Shown: positions 30,111 through 45,100 of the stretch, in pieces
Numbering within the stretch: the stretch's first letter is position 1
How the letters are laid out: every line of letters begins with the position of its first letter
DNA from: an uncultured candidatus Porisulfidus sp.
Lineage (GTDB): Bacteria; Pseudomonadota; Gammaproteobacteria; Poriferisulfidales; Oxydemutatoraceae
Assembly (NCBI GenBank): GCA_965215125.1
Contig: OZ244052.1
Span: forward strand, 320,001-384,000
Direction: 5' to 3'
DNA: 64,000 bases
Program-made: the position numbers and the translations under genes
Notes under the pieces: model-generated
What the model was told of the DNA's origin: nothing
Database searches by the model: none
Seen by the model: the letters and a program-made list of their open reading frames with translations, nothing else

Positions 30111-30113
30111 GGA

Positions 30114-33100
30114 TTAGCGTAAAAGACCCTCGGGAAATACTCTGATGTTTATGAAAACACTTATTGACCGATCCACTGAAGTTCTTACAACCTCTCTAGA
30201 TCTCACGACATCATAAACAAATTGCCGTGGTGCCGACACTGCCGGAGATGCGAGCCTCCGATGCCTATAGCCCTGCTTATCGGTATAGTCAACCAATACG
30301 CGATAGCGGTCACCTATAATGCCTTCCACGGTATGGCTTCTATGGGTGGCATCATCAATATCCAACCAGCTACCCAGCAACTCTTTTTGCCACCGGTAGG
30401 CTATTTCAGGAACAGGGTTTATTCCATCCGAATCCGATAATAAATCTATATCCTCGATAGTGTATGTAAAACCATGCAATATAGGTGCAGGGACGGATAT
30501 AATACCGTTGTTTTGTTTGACTATCGTTAGTTGTGTCTTTTCACTTGTGACACCTAAACGATCTCCAACCGTCAAAACGATATCCACAACATCCATGCTT
30601 TGCATTTCACCGAACAGATTATCGGGTATGTTATGTTTATACATCGGATCGGCACGACCTACTGCCGTGCCGGTGAGCCTCTCTAGATCCGGCAATAGAT
30701 CTGCAATCACACTCAAACTATAATTCAACTCGTCCTCCTCGGGATCTTCTACAGAAGCATTCAAGGCAAGGGTTTCACCTTCACCGACTGAAGCAGGGGC
30801 GTTAATATTTATTCTGGGCAGACGATTATTCAACGTTAATTTATACACGACAGGCTCTTCGGTTCCCACCGAATTACTTGTCGCAACTCGGAGAACCGTG
30901 GACGTAGGTTCAGAAGTATTTATCGCAATAGAATAGCCGGTATTGTTTGCCGAAAGGACTTTGTCGTCGGCTATGATAGTCGCATCGGGATTAGACGCTA
31001 TCGGGGTGATTTTCAATTCGCTTGCATCGGTATGAACCGAAACCATATATACCGTAGCCGTAGAGTTAAAGTCGGGAGAAAGGTACAAATGTTCTGCCTT
31101 CACATTTTGCTCCAGCTTCAGATCTAACAAACCGGTGCGTTGATGAAGCAACAATCTGCCGCAATCCGGTGACGGCGTGGAAGTGCCACAGGTGTTATCG
31201 TGGTATTTGAGTGCCGGATACTCATCGGCAGTGCCGAAATCCCAACGCTCCGAATCCCAGTTGTAGTAGGCATTTCCTTCCATAGTGCCTGCCGATACGG
31301 GTGATTTCAACTCATTTAACGAAAAGCCCTTATAATTTATGTTCGTTGCAGTATTACCGGCACTGCCTATAGGGTTATCGGAATCCATCCTCCAGTAACT
31401 TCGGGTCGGATTGGTGGATCCTCTACCGATCAAACCGCCCGCATCGCTACCGCTTGCCGTCACATTGCCCACTGCATAACTGTTTTCTATACTAGAACGA
31501 GCCTCGCCGATCAAACCGCCTACCTCATTTTGTCCCTTAACATCACCGGCTGCATAACTTCCGATAATGTCCGATATAAAATATCCTAAACCTACTAAAC
31601 CACCTACTCTGACACCTTCCTCTGCTGTTACACTACCGGCTGCATAGCTATTGTTTATGGAAGCATTAACAAATAATGCTCCGACCAAACCACCTATATC
31701 CGTACTCTTCCCGGTTGCTATTACATCGCTAAGCGCATAACTATTATAGATATTTTTCGAGAAAAAACCGACCAAACCACCTACAGAATCTGCATCTACA
31801 GCCGTCACATTGCCGGCTGCATAGCTGTTTCTAATATCGGCCCTGCTCTCACCGACCAAGCCGCCTACATGTGAATTTCCGCCGACCGAACTTTTTGCAT
31901 AACTTCCGGAAATTTGCCCGCGCTCTATAAAACCAACCAAACCACCTACATCCGAATGCCCCTCAATGGTCCCTGTTACGTAGCTGTTGGAGATTTTTCC
32001 TCTCTTCATAAAACCAACCAAACCACCTACCGATTGTTTCCCTTTAACGAGTACATCGATTAAACCAATTTTTCTAATTTCGGAACTTGTTCCTCCGACA
32101 ACACCGAACAGACCGATAGTGTCGCTATTCGCTTTATCTATCATTAAATTGGTAACCGTAAAACCGTTGCCGTCAAAAACCCCGCCTAAGCATGTACTGC
32201 TCGCATCGGTACAATCGTTATTAACGATGTTTCCTATAGGTTGCCAACCTGTACCGGTCGTCCACACCGCCTTATTGGATGTTGAGACATAGCTTGCTTC
32301 GTCTAGAAAATCTAAATCCTTGACTAATTCATAGCCCAGGCATCGGTTGTCGGGACAACCTGTAGCAATCTTGCTCGCCGTAGAACTCGCACGATAACCG
32401 CTACCGTCCGGTTGATAACGAACCGCATTGAGGTCCTCGAGGGTCTCAATTTCTATTAAACCGTCATTATCTTTGTCTTTGTGCGTTGCGATGTCCGCGT
32501 ACAACGGTGCATCGTAATGAATGTTTGTCTCATAGCCCTGTACGTCGGTATAGCTTATAGAAAATCTATATTGTGCGTTGCGGGCATCTTCCGGCGGCGT
32601 ATAGCTTTTTTGGTTCGCACCGGGGATCGTAATAAATCTACCGTTCTGTTCCCGCAACCATAGATAGCCGACATCGGTCAACAGCCCTCCGTCTATATCG
32701 TTTGACAAATCTTCTGCGGAAAGCGTGTCGCTACTTATCCATTTCACGGCACTTGCGGAGTTCCCATTGTTAACCTTTCTTACCGATAGCGGTATCTCTT
32801 TGCTTACGACAAACATCGGATTATTGCTTTCGATCAGTTCCAGTTTTAAGATGACCGTGCTATAGTTCTTGTCTCTTGCAACAAAATCGGTAGGCACCGT
32901 AAACTCCACGGTAGATGTAGTCTGTATCCCCGACAGTAAAGGTTTCCCCGATGGTTGAGTCCACCGGTAATCCAATCTCCGATTATTCTGTCCCAGACTC
33001 GTTGAAGCATCCAAGCGCAAGACATCCCCTTCGTCTAAAACAAAAATATTCCTTGTGATGAGTTCGGTAGGAGTACTCCCGTTTACTATTTTGAGAATAC

Positions 33101-36100
33101 GGGGCTGAAGGAGGTACTTTAAGCGTACCTGTATTTGATAGCTTGCGCCCCTATTACTCCCGCTCAAAGTCTCAACCTTGAGTTTGAACGAATGATTTGC
33201 ATCAATCTGCACGGTGCCGTCAGATTGTCCGGCCAAAGGTGCGCCGTCGTCTTTACGAATTGTTATTACGGTACCTTCGTCGGCACCAGCAGCAATTTTT
33301 ATAATCACCGGTGCCACCTCAACCTCAATCACCGCTTCGTAGTTAAATCTACTCGACTTAAAGCTCGGGGTCAGCTGCACAGCTCTTGAATTGGCAGATA
33401 AGCTCAGTCGATCCAATAAAAGTGCATCGGCAATCTGACCGGACAATAAAGCATTACAACTCGGCAACGCCGTTCCGGGATCGGTATCGCAACCCGGGTC
33501 GGCCGCATCCAATCCGACGCCGTATTTGAGTGCCGGATATTGCTCTGCATTACCGAAGTGCCAATCGGTAGTACTCCAATTCGTATAAGTTCTGCAATTG
33601 CGAATAATACCACTATCTTCTACACATGCCGCATAATTAAAATCCGGCGTTGTAGCGGATTGAAGCCCAAAACTCAACCTTGCACCGGGATGCACCGAAG
33701 TGGGAGCGAAGCTCTTATAACAAAACACTACGGGTATCCTATTATTATCCGAATCGAATATTAAACCATCAGTACAATTCATGCTAAAATTCCAATAACT
33801 ATTGACCGGGTTTGCAATAGAGGTGTCGCCGGCAGGTAATATTCCGGCAACCAAGCCATTGAGTGTGCCGTCACCCGAAACCTCACCTAGAGTATAACTA
33901 TTTTCAATCGTTGAATTATTATTGACACCGACTAAACCACCGGCAACTTTGTTGTTTGAGTTTACGCAGGTGCCGAACCCGGTCTCTGCATTGCCGGTCG
34001 CATAGCTGTTTTTGATTTCGCTCCTTTTCGCTAACTGATTTGAGTTGGTGGAAAACTGATTGCCCACCAAACCACCGACGATGCAAGGTCCTTTTACTTC
34101 ACCGGTCGCATAGCTGTTATATACCTTGCCACCGTCTATGTTCCTACCGACCAAACCGCCCACTCCGACCCGCTTGTTTCCCGTTATTTCGGAATCTTCG
34201 GCAACCACATTGATCTTTGCATAACTATTGAGTATAAAACCTTTATTCCAGCCGACCATCCCGCCTATAAATCCTATACCGTTGCCGAAGCCGACATCAC
34301 CTGTTATTATTTTATCGGTGTTTCCCGCTTCGATATCGCCGACCACATAGCTATTCATGATGACACCGCCGCGTTCCATTCTGCCGGCAATGCCACCTAC
34401 ATTTTTGATCCCGACCAGACCTTTGATCGCCGGATCTACAAGTCTAAAGTTTTTAACCCTTCCGACTGCTCCTATTTGGGAAAACAAACCTATATTGCTT
34501 ATATTGCCGACGCTACGGTTTATTTGCATATTGGATATCGTATAGCCATTGCCGTTAAACACGGCATTAAATGCTCCACCGATAGGCTGCCAACCCAAAT
34601 CGCTTGCATCCCTAAAATCGCTCACCGTCCAACTATTTTTGAGTACCGACGGATTCGGTGTACGATAGCTTGCATCGTCGGTAAAATCTAAATCGTTCAT
34701 CAACTCATAGCCTCGGCATTTTTCTACACCATTTACCAACGGACAACCTGTGGTGATCTTATCCGCACTTTCAGTTGCTTTGTAGCCGCTGCCGTCCGGC
34801 TGATAACGTATCGCATCCAAATCTTCCAAATAACGAATCTCTATCAGACCGTCGCCGTCGTCGTCTATGTCCGAATAGTTTATGACCTCGGATTCAAATT
34901 GCCCGCGATAACCTTGATTGTCTTCATACATAACGAGTACACGATATTGATAATCTCCTTCGTTTGGAAGGGTATAAGTAAGCGTTGCCGTAGACTCTAG
35001 GTTTATCCAACCCTCCGCCTCGCTACGACGACGCTGCCATTGTATACGGGTTTCGGCAAAGCCACCGTCGCGGTCTATAAACTCGCTACCGTCCATCCTT
35101 TGAAATATAATTCTATAAGTCATTGGTTTATCGCTAACTCTACGCAAGCTAATACGATCGGCAGTGTCGTTGTTTTGCTTGGAAATTATCAATGATATCG
35201 CTCTGCTCATATACACATCGTCCACACCGATTTCCGCCGTCAACTGTACGACACGGCTATCGTCTTGCTTAGACACTACATCGCTAGGTACCGTAAAATC
35301 CAATACGGCACTTTGTGTGTCAACCGGCGATCGCTTATCGTCAAACTTCAGCACATCGCCTGCCGATTGCTGCCATTTGTAGCGATATAAATCTTCATCC
35401 AAAGTAAAATTATACGAAATCATTAGGCGAACACGCTCGCCTTCGGCTACCGACAACGATAGTGGCACCATTGTCGTTGTTGTTGCCGTCACTCGTTCAA
35501 TTTTTAGTTCATCATAACGTACTGAGAAGTGATACGACAATTCGCCGGCATCGGGGTTATGCGTGGTTATAGTAATTTCCGGTGTATGGTTACCGTCCAG
35601 CACGAACGATATCGGAATACCCGACGAACATATCAAACCCTTGCGACAAGCAATATCTATAGTCGTGCCTACCCGTGTCGATGTGGTATCCAATCGTACT
35701 TCGGTTATTCGGGCAGACTCGGCTATGAGCTCGTAGTCAAAAATGAGCGGATGAAAAGACGGGAATAATCGGACATTGTTCGATAGGGTCAAACTTTGCA
35801 ACAGACTTTTCCCTTCGGGAGCAAGTAGCGGCACATCGGCAATCGCTTTCAACTCGGGATAACGATTCGCATCTGCGAACTCCCAAACATCGGCATCCCA
35901 GTTTTTATAAATACTATTTATCGGAGAAGTCGGCGTAGACGATCGGAGTACTGCCGTGGTCGCAGAAGTGCCGCCGGCACTCGATGCGATACCGCTCACC
36001 TCTATATCCCAATAACTATCGTCAACTACCGCATCGTTGACGGCAACCAAGCCACCTACTGTAGATATCTCTCCGATGCCTATCGTTCTGCTTACTGCGT

Positions 36101-39100
36101 AGCTATTGATGATTTCGCTGGAACCTTGATTGATAGCAACCAAACCACCGATAGTTCCCCAACCGATTACCGACCCCACCGCATAGCTATTCTCAATACG
36201 ACTGCGATTGTCGTTTAGGGCAACCAAACCACCTGCCAATGACGTTGGCAATCTAGCCGATAGATTGCCTTTCACCTGGGTTTCTGCATAAGATCGAGTA
36301 ATGGAACCGGCAAAATTCCTGCCGACCAATCCCCCTACGATTGCCGATCCACCGCTACCTCTTGCCATCACAGAACCACTAACATAACTCCGGCGAATGT
36401 CGCCCGCTCGGTTAGTGCCGACCAGACTACCGACATGCGCACCTCCGACTATATCTACACCCGTCAAACCGATACCTTCTATTACGACATCGCTTTTGCT
36501 GCCGTCTAGCACACCGAACAGTCCGATATAGTCGCTATCCGGTCTATTCACCGTTAAATTAGAAATCGTATAGCCGTTGCCTTTGAATATTGCCGTGAAC
36601 GGATGTAGCGAGGTGCCTATCGGCTGCCAGCCTGACCCGGTAGTCCAGGCGGTGTTCACGCTCCCCGCTCGGTAATGTGCCGGATTATCAAAGTCCAAAT
36701 CTCGCAACAGCTCATAGCCTTTGCAGCCGGTCATCGGACAACCTTTGGCACTTTCTATCAATACACCATCGGCGTTTTGATATCTCAGATGTCTACCGTC
36801 CAACGCATTGCGTATCGCATCCAAATCTTCCAGTGTTAGAATATCTATCAACCCATCTTTATCGGTATCCACATCCTCTTCAAAACCGGAAGAGAAATAA
36901 TCGACTTCAAAGCGATATCGGATGCGTCGCGCCCCCGAGACTTCAACACTAATCACAGTCGTATCGGTCGAACGCAACACAATTGCCGAACTGGTAGTGC
37001 CGGTTTTGATCGTCTCGTCAAAACCATTATCACTAACGATGCGAATGGTTGCATCCTCATCCAATGCATTCGGTGTCAAATGTAACTGCTTTATGTTTAC
37101 ATCCAACTCTACGCCGAGACGATAATACAATTTAGTCGTATCGAAGTTCGGAGATAGCGTCACAATCTCTGCAATCGTTAAACTTGTCAAACCATAAGAC
37201 TGTAAACCGGCGAGCGTGCTTTCGGTGCTGGTGGTATATTTAAGAATTGGATAACGATTTACATCGCCGAAATGCCAATCGCTATCGTCCCACCGGTAAT
37301 ACGCCCTACCGGCATCCGACGATTGACCGGTGCCCGATTGTAGTTGTACGGTAGTCTTGCCGACACCGCCGGCAGATTCATGTAGGTTGCTCGTAGCGAT
37401 ATCCCAATAGCTATTTACCGCAATACCCCCGACATTGCTACCGATTAGCCCCCCTGTGGCAACCGTATACGAGGTGCATGCAGGCACACCCGTGCATACA
37501 ATATCCGCCGTCGCATAACTGTCGCCAACCGAACCACTGTTCTCACCGATCAAACCACCGATAAGTGCGACTCCTTCGACACCACCGCTTGCATAAGTGT
37601 TTGCAATAGAACCGAGGTTCAAGGCGACCAAACCGCCGATGCCGGTGTCGCCCGATACACGACTCAAGCTGTAGCTGTTTGTAATCACCCCGGTACTTTC
37701 GTTGCGGGCGATCAAACCACCGACCGAGGATCCACCCGATACCGCACCGTAAGCATAACTATTAGAAATACGACCGACATTGTAGGCAACCAAACCTCCG
37801 ACGGCATTTTCTCCGACCACCGTAGCATCGGCAGAGCTGTTGTCTATAATCCCGGCATTATAGGTAGCTAGACTTCCGACACCGAAGCGACCCCCGACCT
37901 CTACATCCGTCAAATTAACATTTTTGACTTGCGCACCGTCGGCTAATGCCGCAAATAGACCGACATTGTCGGTATTGCTCCTATCGATACGTAGATTTGA
38001 AATGGTATGATTGTTGCCGTCAAATATCGCCGCGAAGCATCGGCTTTGCGTATCGTTGCAATCAAGCGTCGTAGCGTCGATCGCCCCGATCGGATGCCAG
38101 TCAAAACCGGAAAGGTCTATGCTCGCCGCAAGTTCGTAGCCTTTGCAACCGACGGTCGGAGTAGTCGGACACCCCAAGGTGATTTTGGTGTCGTCGCGAC
38201 TCGCTTTATAACCGCTACCGTCCAGTTGATAACGAATCGCATTCAAAGCGTCCGCACTGCGAACCTCTATCAAACCGTCGTCGTCTTCGTCTATATCGTT
38301 GACGGTAATAAAAGAGTGTTTGTTTACCCTAATACTATAAAGCGTCGTTTGCGTAGTTCTAGATACTAAGGGATCCTCCACTGCCAACGTCAGCAAAAGA
38401 TCATTGATATTGTCTATCGTAAGCGTAGTGACTTCACCGCTTCGTAATTCCATACGCGGGTTCGTTTCGCTATCGTTGTTGAGCGTAAGCACCGAACCCG
38501 AATTAAATGTATACGGAATGATGCTGAACTCACGCGCATCGCTTTTTAATATCAACTCGTAATCGTATATCTTGGAATTAAAGTCGGGTCTTAATAGTAA
38601 AACCTGACCGGTTCGATTTGAGTGCGCTAAATTGCTCAAACCGGTGCGACGTTGCGCCGGCAACAAGGTTCCACACATCGGCAGTTCGGTATCGGCATTT
38701 TCGGCTTCTAGGCACGCCGGGCGAGTGATTATATCGGTAGCACTGGTATATCTTAATACCGGATATTGACCGGACTCGGAATACCAATCGTTGCTATCCC
38801 AGTTGCTATAGATCCCATCTCCGATCGCAGCTGTTCGAAGCTCTGTTGTCGTCTTGCCGATACCGGTAACATCATCCTCGTCGTCTGCCACCCCGCTCGT
38901 AACAACATCCCAATAACTCGCATCGGCACTGCCAAGCGAAGTTCGACCCAATAATCCACCGATAAGCCTTCTGCTCGTCACCTTGCCGATCGCATAGCTA
39001 TTACTCACCACGATCCCCGATTGTGATAGCTCACCTACCAAGCCACCGACAAAGTCACTTCCGATAACCGCACCGCTCGCATAACTATTGTGAATATCCC

Positions 39101-42100
39101 TAGTCGAAATACCGACTAAACCACCTACAAAGTCATTCCCGACAACCGCACCGCTTGCATAACTATTATGAATTTTTCCACCTATTGCATTAGAACCGAC
39201 TAAACCGCCGGTAATGGCAAAGCGTCCATTTACCGAAACATCTGCATAGCTATTGACGATCGTGCCACCGTCATTCCTACCGACCAAACCTCCTACATAG
39301 AGATGGCCTTGAACATCACCGCCGATCACATAGCTGTTGACGATTTCACCTAAATTAAGACCTACCAAAGTACCGATACTATAGAGATCATGCCGGCTCA
39401 TATCAATATCCACATTGAGTAGACCGATATGCTCAATTCTCGCACCGCTCGCCAGCACACCGAATAAACCGATATCGCCGATAGGTATACCCTGAATCCT
39501 CAAGTTTGATATCGTATGTGCATTTCCGTTGAATAAACCGCTAAAAGGATTGCGACGGTTTCCTATCGGTTGCCAACCCGCACCGGTCGTCCATATCGGG
39601 TTGATCACACCCGCACGATAACTCGTAGGATTCTTAAAATCTAAATCTCTAGCCAATTTATAACCCTTACACCGCCTCGCACCGTCCTCGGTGTCTATAG
39701 GGCAATCCTTCAAGGTGGCGGATACCTGCGCCAAAGCGTAACGCATCAGGTTCAAGTCCTCTAGATAATCAATCGTTATGAAGTCATCGACTACTGCGAT
39801 ATCTTGCAATACCTTAATCGTATAGAATGTCGGCATGCCTTGTGTTGCGGATTGAACCCTAAGCACAATACTATCTAAATCGTCGCTTAGAGTAAACAAT
39901 GAACTTTGCCCGCTACGCTTTGATGAACTCAAGCTACCTGCGTCTACGGTGATCGTATCGGTGCCGTAATAAGCGGTCGGTGTGATACGAACCTCGTCGC
40001 CCGAACCAACGACTAAATGATAGTCGTATATCTCAAGATTAAATGCCGGAAGCAAGCGTGCATTTTTTGAAAGCTCCATTTGAACCAACCCGGCACGTTG
40101 TTCGGGTAGCAAGGCTCCGCAATACGGTTGTTGTTTCGGCAATCTCGGTAAATGACTAAGACAAACAATCGTCTTGTCATGCTCCGACAGGTCTGCAAAC
40201 AATCCACCATTACAATCCGATAATTGCTGCGGCAACGGTTGTCTGCATGCCGTATTGTCGTCATCGCCTGTTGCATAAAGCAACGCCGGATATTGATCTA
40301 CATTACCGAAGTGCCAATCGGCTCTATTCCACCCGGTATAAATATCATCCGACGGCATACCCGACTTCAGTGCTACCGCAGTTTTATCGGTGCCGATCAG
40401 TGAATCGATTCCAGAGATAACTGCACCTGCTCTATAATAACTATTAACAATTGTATGTCCGAGGACGGTTGCCGCAACTAAACCTCCGGTAATTCCATTA
40501 CTTGCCTGCACATCACCGATTGCATAGCTATTGTGAATTCTTGCATGATTATTACCGGCCAAACCGCCTGCACGCCCATTATTTGCCCGCACACCACCGA
40601 CTGCATAGCTATTAACAATAGAACCACCTATTTCATTCCAACCGACCAAACCGCCGGCGCGATCATTATCCACTTGTACGTCAACACGCGCATAGCTATT
40701 AACGATCATGCCGTCATTATTTCTACCGACCAAACCACCACCGTCGTTAACCTCGGCTAAGAGCTTACCCTCTGCATAGCTATTGATAATCGTGCCGAAG
40801 TTATAGCCGGCGATGCTACCGACATTACTCTGTCCGGCGATACTCACATTCACCAGACCGACATTCTCAACCCTGCCACCGGCTCCGATCGCTCCGAATA
40901 AACCTACCTCATTGGTACTGCCCGCCTTTATGGTCAAATTGGATATCGTGTAGCCGTTGCCTTTGAATACACCGCTAAAAGGTTCACTCAAACTACCTAT
41001 GGGTTGCCACTCAATCCCGGCAAGGTCTATATCTGCGGTCAATTCATATCCCATGCAGCCGTTGGAACAATAGATCGCATCGGTGGTTTCGCTTTGTTGA
41101 TAGGCACCGCCGTCCAAGCGATGGCGGACGGCATTCAAATGTGTCGCATTACTAATCTCTATGAACCCATCGCCGTCTTCGTCTATGCTTTGAGCGACGA
41201 TGTCGAGTCGATTGATGACGAATTGATATCGATACGAATGTCGTTTGCCGTCTTTTACGACCAAACTAAAAACCGTATCGCCGGTGTCGTTCAACGGTAT
41301 CGGCACCGTCCATTCACCGCTATCGGTTTCTCCTATTGAGGTGCCATCCTTAAAAACTTCAATCGTTGCTACTGCATTAAACGCAGTCGGTAACATGCGA
41401 ATAGTACTGCGATCGGCATTGACCGATACACCGTAATCAAATGATGTAAATGCAAAAGGACTGGATAAACCTGCGCCTTCGGATAATTTTAGGTCTCGCA
41501 ATAGGCTCCCTTGATGACGAAGCAAGGTGTGGCATGCATCGGGACGTCTCTGAATATCCGCTGTATCACAATGTGCATCACCATCGGTAGAGTCGGCACG
41601 CAAATTATACCTAATCGCCGGATATTGCTCATTGGTGCCGAAATCCCAGTTATCGCTACCCCAGCTCGTATAAATGCCGGTTGCACTCGTCGGTGATTGA
41701 AGTTCGGCGGCACGCTTACTCTCTCCCAAAGTCACATTGGTTTCGGCGATGTCTTCGTCTAAATAAATTGCCTTCGCAGTCAGTGCACGCTGATCGCTCG
41801 GATCTCTATTGCCACCGAATAAGCCCTGAGGCACATCGGCTTTGGTTGCCGAAACGCTCGCATAGCTATTGACGATATCAATGGCAGACGATGTGCGCAC
41901 GCCTATTAAACCGCCTATAAACGCGTCATCGTGTTCTGCGGTAATCGTGCCGACTACATAGCTGTCGGTGATGGTTAGAGCGGAATCTACATCGCCGACC
42001 AAACCGCCGGCAACCGCCGATCGACCGTTGACGGTAATATTACCGATGAAATAACTATTGCTAATTCGGGCACGCCCACCACCCGTTGCCGAAATAGCAT

Positions 42101-45100
42101 TTACCAAACCGGCAGCGGCGGCGGTTCCTTGTATATCTCCTATCACATAACTATTGCTTATCGTACACCGCTTACACGATGTGGCAATTCCGGCAACCAC
42201 ATCCCCTTTAATATCCATAGCCGACAATCCAATGCCGTCTATATAGGCAACACGACTATCGCTACCTATCGTTGCAAAAAGACCTCCGTTTGTCCCCACT
42301 CTTAAATTGGCAATCGTTTTATTATTGCCCTTGAATGTGCCGGTGAAAGTTGCTTCGTCTAATCCGATCGGTTGCCAGGCACCCACACCCGTCCATCGTC
42401 CCATATTCTTCTCGGCATTGCGATAACTACCGGCATCGTTAAAATCCAAATCTCTTAACAATTCATAACCACGACATCCCGCACTCGGACAACCCGAGGT
42501 AATCTTGATGGACTCGTCATCCGCTCTATAGCCGCTACCGTCCAACTGATAGCGGATCGCATCCAAATCTTCCAGATAATCGATATCGACGAGACCGTCG
42601 CCGTCTTCGTCTATGACCCTATGAGGCGCATAACTCAGATAAAGCGTATACCTAACCGTCTGTGTGCCTTTTACTTCAACGACAACTTTTTTTATCCCGT
42701 CATTTTTCAACGAAATCGGAGCACTTGTATCGTGACTATCTACCATTTCTCGTCTATCTCCCATAAAACTAATATGCGCAGTTGATTCCATTGCCACCGG
42801 TATCAAGCGTATACTCGGATGTTCTCCGATCACCGTGCCTGAGTAAACGCCGCTTTGGTTGAGCCTCTCAATATCAAGCGGTGGATAGAATGTAACATCG
42901 TTTGCTGACGTTAAATCACGCAAACCATAGCGCAAACCCGGCGATATTAGATCTCCACATTGCGGCAACCCCGATGAACCACACTCAAAAACATTTTCGG
43001 TTGCAGTGGTATATTTAAGTATCGGGTATTGTTTCGATGTTCCGAAATCCCAATCGTCGGTATTCCAATCTTTATAAATGCTATTCGCCGGCATCGTCGG
43101 GGTCTGCGATTGAAGCCGTTTCGTGATTTGCCCGATGCCGTTGCTTCCTTGTACAGTACTGATGTCGCTGTTCCAATAGCTTGCGATTATCTTGACAGCA
43201 CCCGAAGTAGCACCGACCAACCCCCCTATGCTCTGATTATCCCCGTTTGTTCCACTTACTTGACTAATCGTATAACTGTTTTCAATGGTACTGCCCTCCA
43301 GGAAACCAACCAAGCCCCCCGCATTTCTACCTCGAACTCTAACCGCTGCATAGCTGTTAATAATTTTTGCCTGCGGCTCGTTCCAGCCGACCAGTCCACC
43401 TGCGTGACTTCCGCCGGCGACTATAGAGACTTTACCGGTTGCATAACTATTAGTGACTAGGTCCCGATTAACACTCACTAAGCCACCAAAACCTAAGCCG
43501 CCCGAACTCGGTATTACGATACTATCGGCATGACTATTGATAATCCTGCCATCGTTATCTCCAACGAGACCGCCGAGCGATGAAGTTCCGGACACCTCGG
43601 CTATTGCATAACTGCCGATAACCTCTCCGCCGTCGTTACTCGCAACCAAACCACCGCCCACACCCTCAATACTTTTTGATACAACACTGCCGCTGACATA
43701 GCTATAGCCGACTTGCCCTCGGTTAGTGCCGATTAGTCCGGCAACTTTAGCTCCACCTTCTACTTTCACATTCAACAAACCGATATTGCTTATCAGTGCA
43801 TCGGATGTGCTAGCTCCGAATAAACTTTGATTGTCAACATCGTCTCTATTTATCTGCAAACCTGATATCGTATAACCGTTGCCGTCAAAGCGACCGGCAA
43901 AAGGCTTTGGTTCGCTGCCTATAGGTGCCCAACCGACATCGGTGGCATCCTGGTAATCATCTACCGTCCAAAAAATCCTATTCAACGGCTCCAGATAACT
44001 CTCACTATCTGCAAAATCCAAGTCTCTAGTTAACTTATAAGAACCCGTCGGTCGATCTCGTATCGCATCTAAGTCTTCTAGGTAGTTAATCGGTGTGATC
44101 CTATCGTCGGCAATACTCTGATAACCGATATACAGCGCATAGCGTACGGTTACAGTTCCTTGCACTTCAATGTGAATACGTGTCATACCGGTTGCACTCA
44201 AAGAGATTGCTTTACTCGTCTCACCGCTTCGGATATTATCGTACGCGGTGTTGTCGTCGCCGATATAGAAACGAATGTACGCAATTGGTTCTATCGCCGT
44301 CGGAATCAACCGAATCGCATTATCGGTACTGCGCAGACTGCCGATATAAATACCGCTTCGGTTTTGTGCCTCTATATCAAACTCGGGAGATAAAACAACA
44401 CTGTCCGCCGTCGCCAAACTACGCAAACCATAACGCAAGCGCGGCGATATCAACTCGCCGCATTGCGGCAATCCCGACACACCGCAGGCATCGCCGTCGG
44501 GTCCCGGTGCATATTTGAGTATCGGATACTGCTCGCTGTTGCCGAAATCCCAATCGGCATCGTCCCATTCTTCGTATATCCCGATTGACGCAGTGGGCAG
44601 TTGCATTTGTCGCGTACTCTGTCCGCTCCCGTGACCATTTTGTACACCTCCAATCTCAACATTCCAATAACTCGCAACGATAACTCCGTCATTGGCACTG
44701 GCTAAACCACCTCCGCCACCTTGCACTTTAGCAATAGCATAACTGTTGGTAATCATTGCCGCTGATATTTGATTAGTACCGACCAAGCCGGCTACACTAC
44801 TATTTCCGGAAACTTCGCCGTTTGCATAGCTGTTGGTTATAGACCCTCGGTTGATACCGGTTAAACCCCCTACGAACAGATCCCCTCCCACATCACCGCC
44901 GGCATAGCTATTAATCACGCGTGCGTTGATAGCATTCCAACCTATAAGACCCCCCACATTGTCGGATCGTCTTTCCAATATCCGAACCGTTGCATGACTA
45001 TTGATTACTATACCCTCATTGGTGCCGACTAAACCGCCCAGATGGCTCGAAACCGAACTTTGCATCGAAATATCCGAGCCGGCATAGCTATTGATGATTT

